Shown: piece by piece, positions 63,876-64,000 of the stretch
Position numbering within the stretch: position 1 is the first letter of the stretch
How the letters are laid out: the number at the start of each line of letters is the position of its first letter
DNA from: a virus
Reading direction: 5' to 3' (one strand)
Virus record (IMG/VR): IMGVR_UViG_3300042526_000097
Coordinates: 1 to 64,000 of that record
DNA: 64,000 nucleotides
Program-made: the position numbers and the translations under genes
Notes under the pieces: generated by a model
What the model saw: only the letters and a program-made list of their open reading frames with translations
What the model was told of the DNA's origin: nothing
Databases searched by the model: none

Positions 63876-64000
63876 CTACAGTTCTGGAAGGTCCAAGTCA
63901 ATATCAACCACCTCTATAGGTACAAAACCTGATAGCAGATTAGGATCCCATTGAGGGTGATTAGGGTTTAACAGTGTTACAGTCTGTGATGTTTCTTCAA
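63876..64000 (-). CDS. 3' end of a gene that starts beyond the window
   Basis: Open frame ...EETSQTVTLLNPNHPQWDPNLLSGFVPIEVVDIDLDLPEL* ending in TAG at 63876. Confidence 0.55.
   Translation of the reverse strand, partial: EETSQTVTLLNPNHPQWDPNLLSGFVPIEVVDIDLDLPEL

Overview
This window is about 64 kb of a Crassvirales (crAss-like) phage genome. The host is most likely Bacteroidota, because TAnnTTTG promoter boxes precede most operons. It uses the standard genetic code. Positions 1-3.9 kb are a leftward (minus-strand), probably early region of small ORFs separated by structured non-coding elements. From about 4.2 to 63.3 kb the plus strand carries the virion block in typical crAss order: IHF-like, putative TerS, TerL, portal, scaffold-like, major capsid, ring/tail proteins, tail fibre, a split muzzle (Tstab) gene, cargo proteins, a 1969-aa ejected protein, a 5487-aa multi-domain virion RNA polymerase (DFDVD), Cys-rich/fibre genes and a holin-spanin-lysozyme cassette. 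Convergent minus-strand genes follow. The most striking unexplained element is a complete type-P1 twister ribozyme core (minus strand, about 1762-2077). It is interrupted by a 170-nt, internally base-paired two-domain insertion in L4 and a 65-nt structured P5 loop. The same early region holds a tRNA minihelix, a tRNA with a broken anticodon arm, a leader pseudoknot and a phased array of GNA-triloop DNA hairpins. Protein calls come from motif recognition and synteny only; no database searches or folding programs were run.
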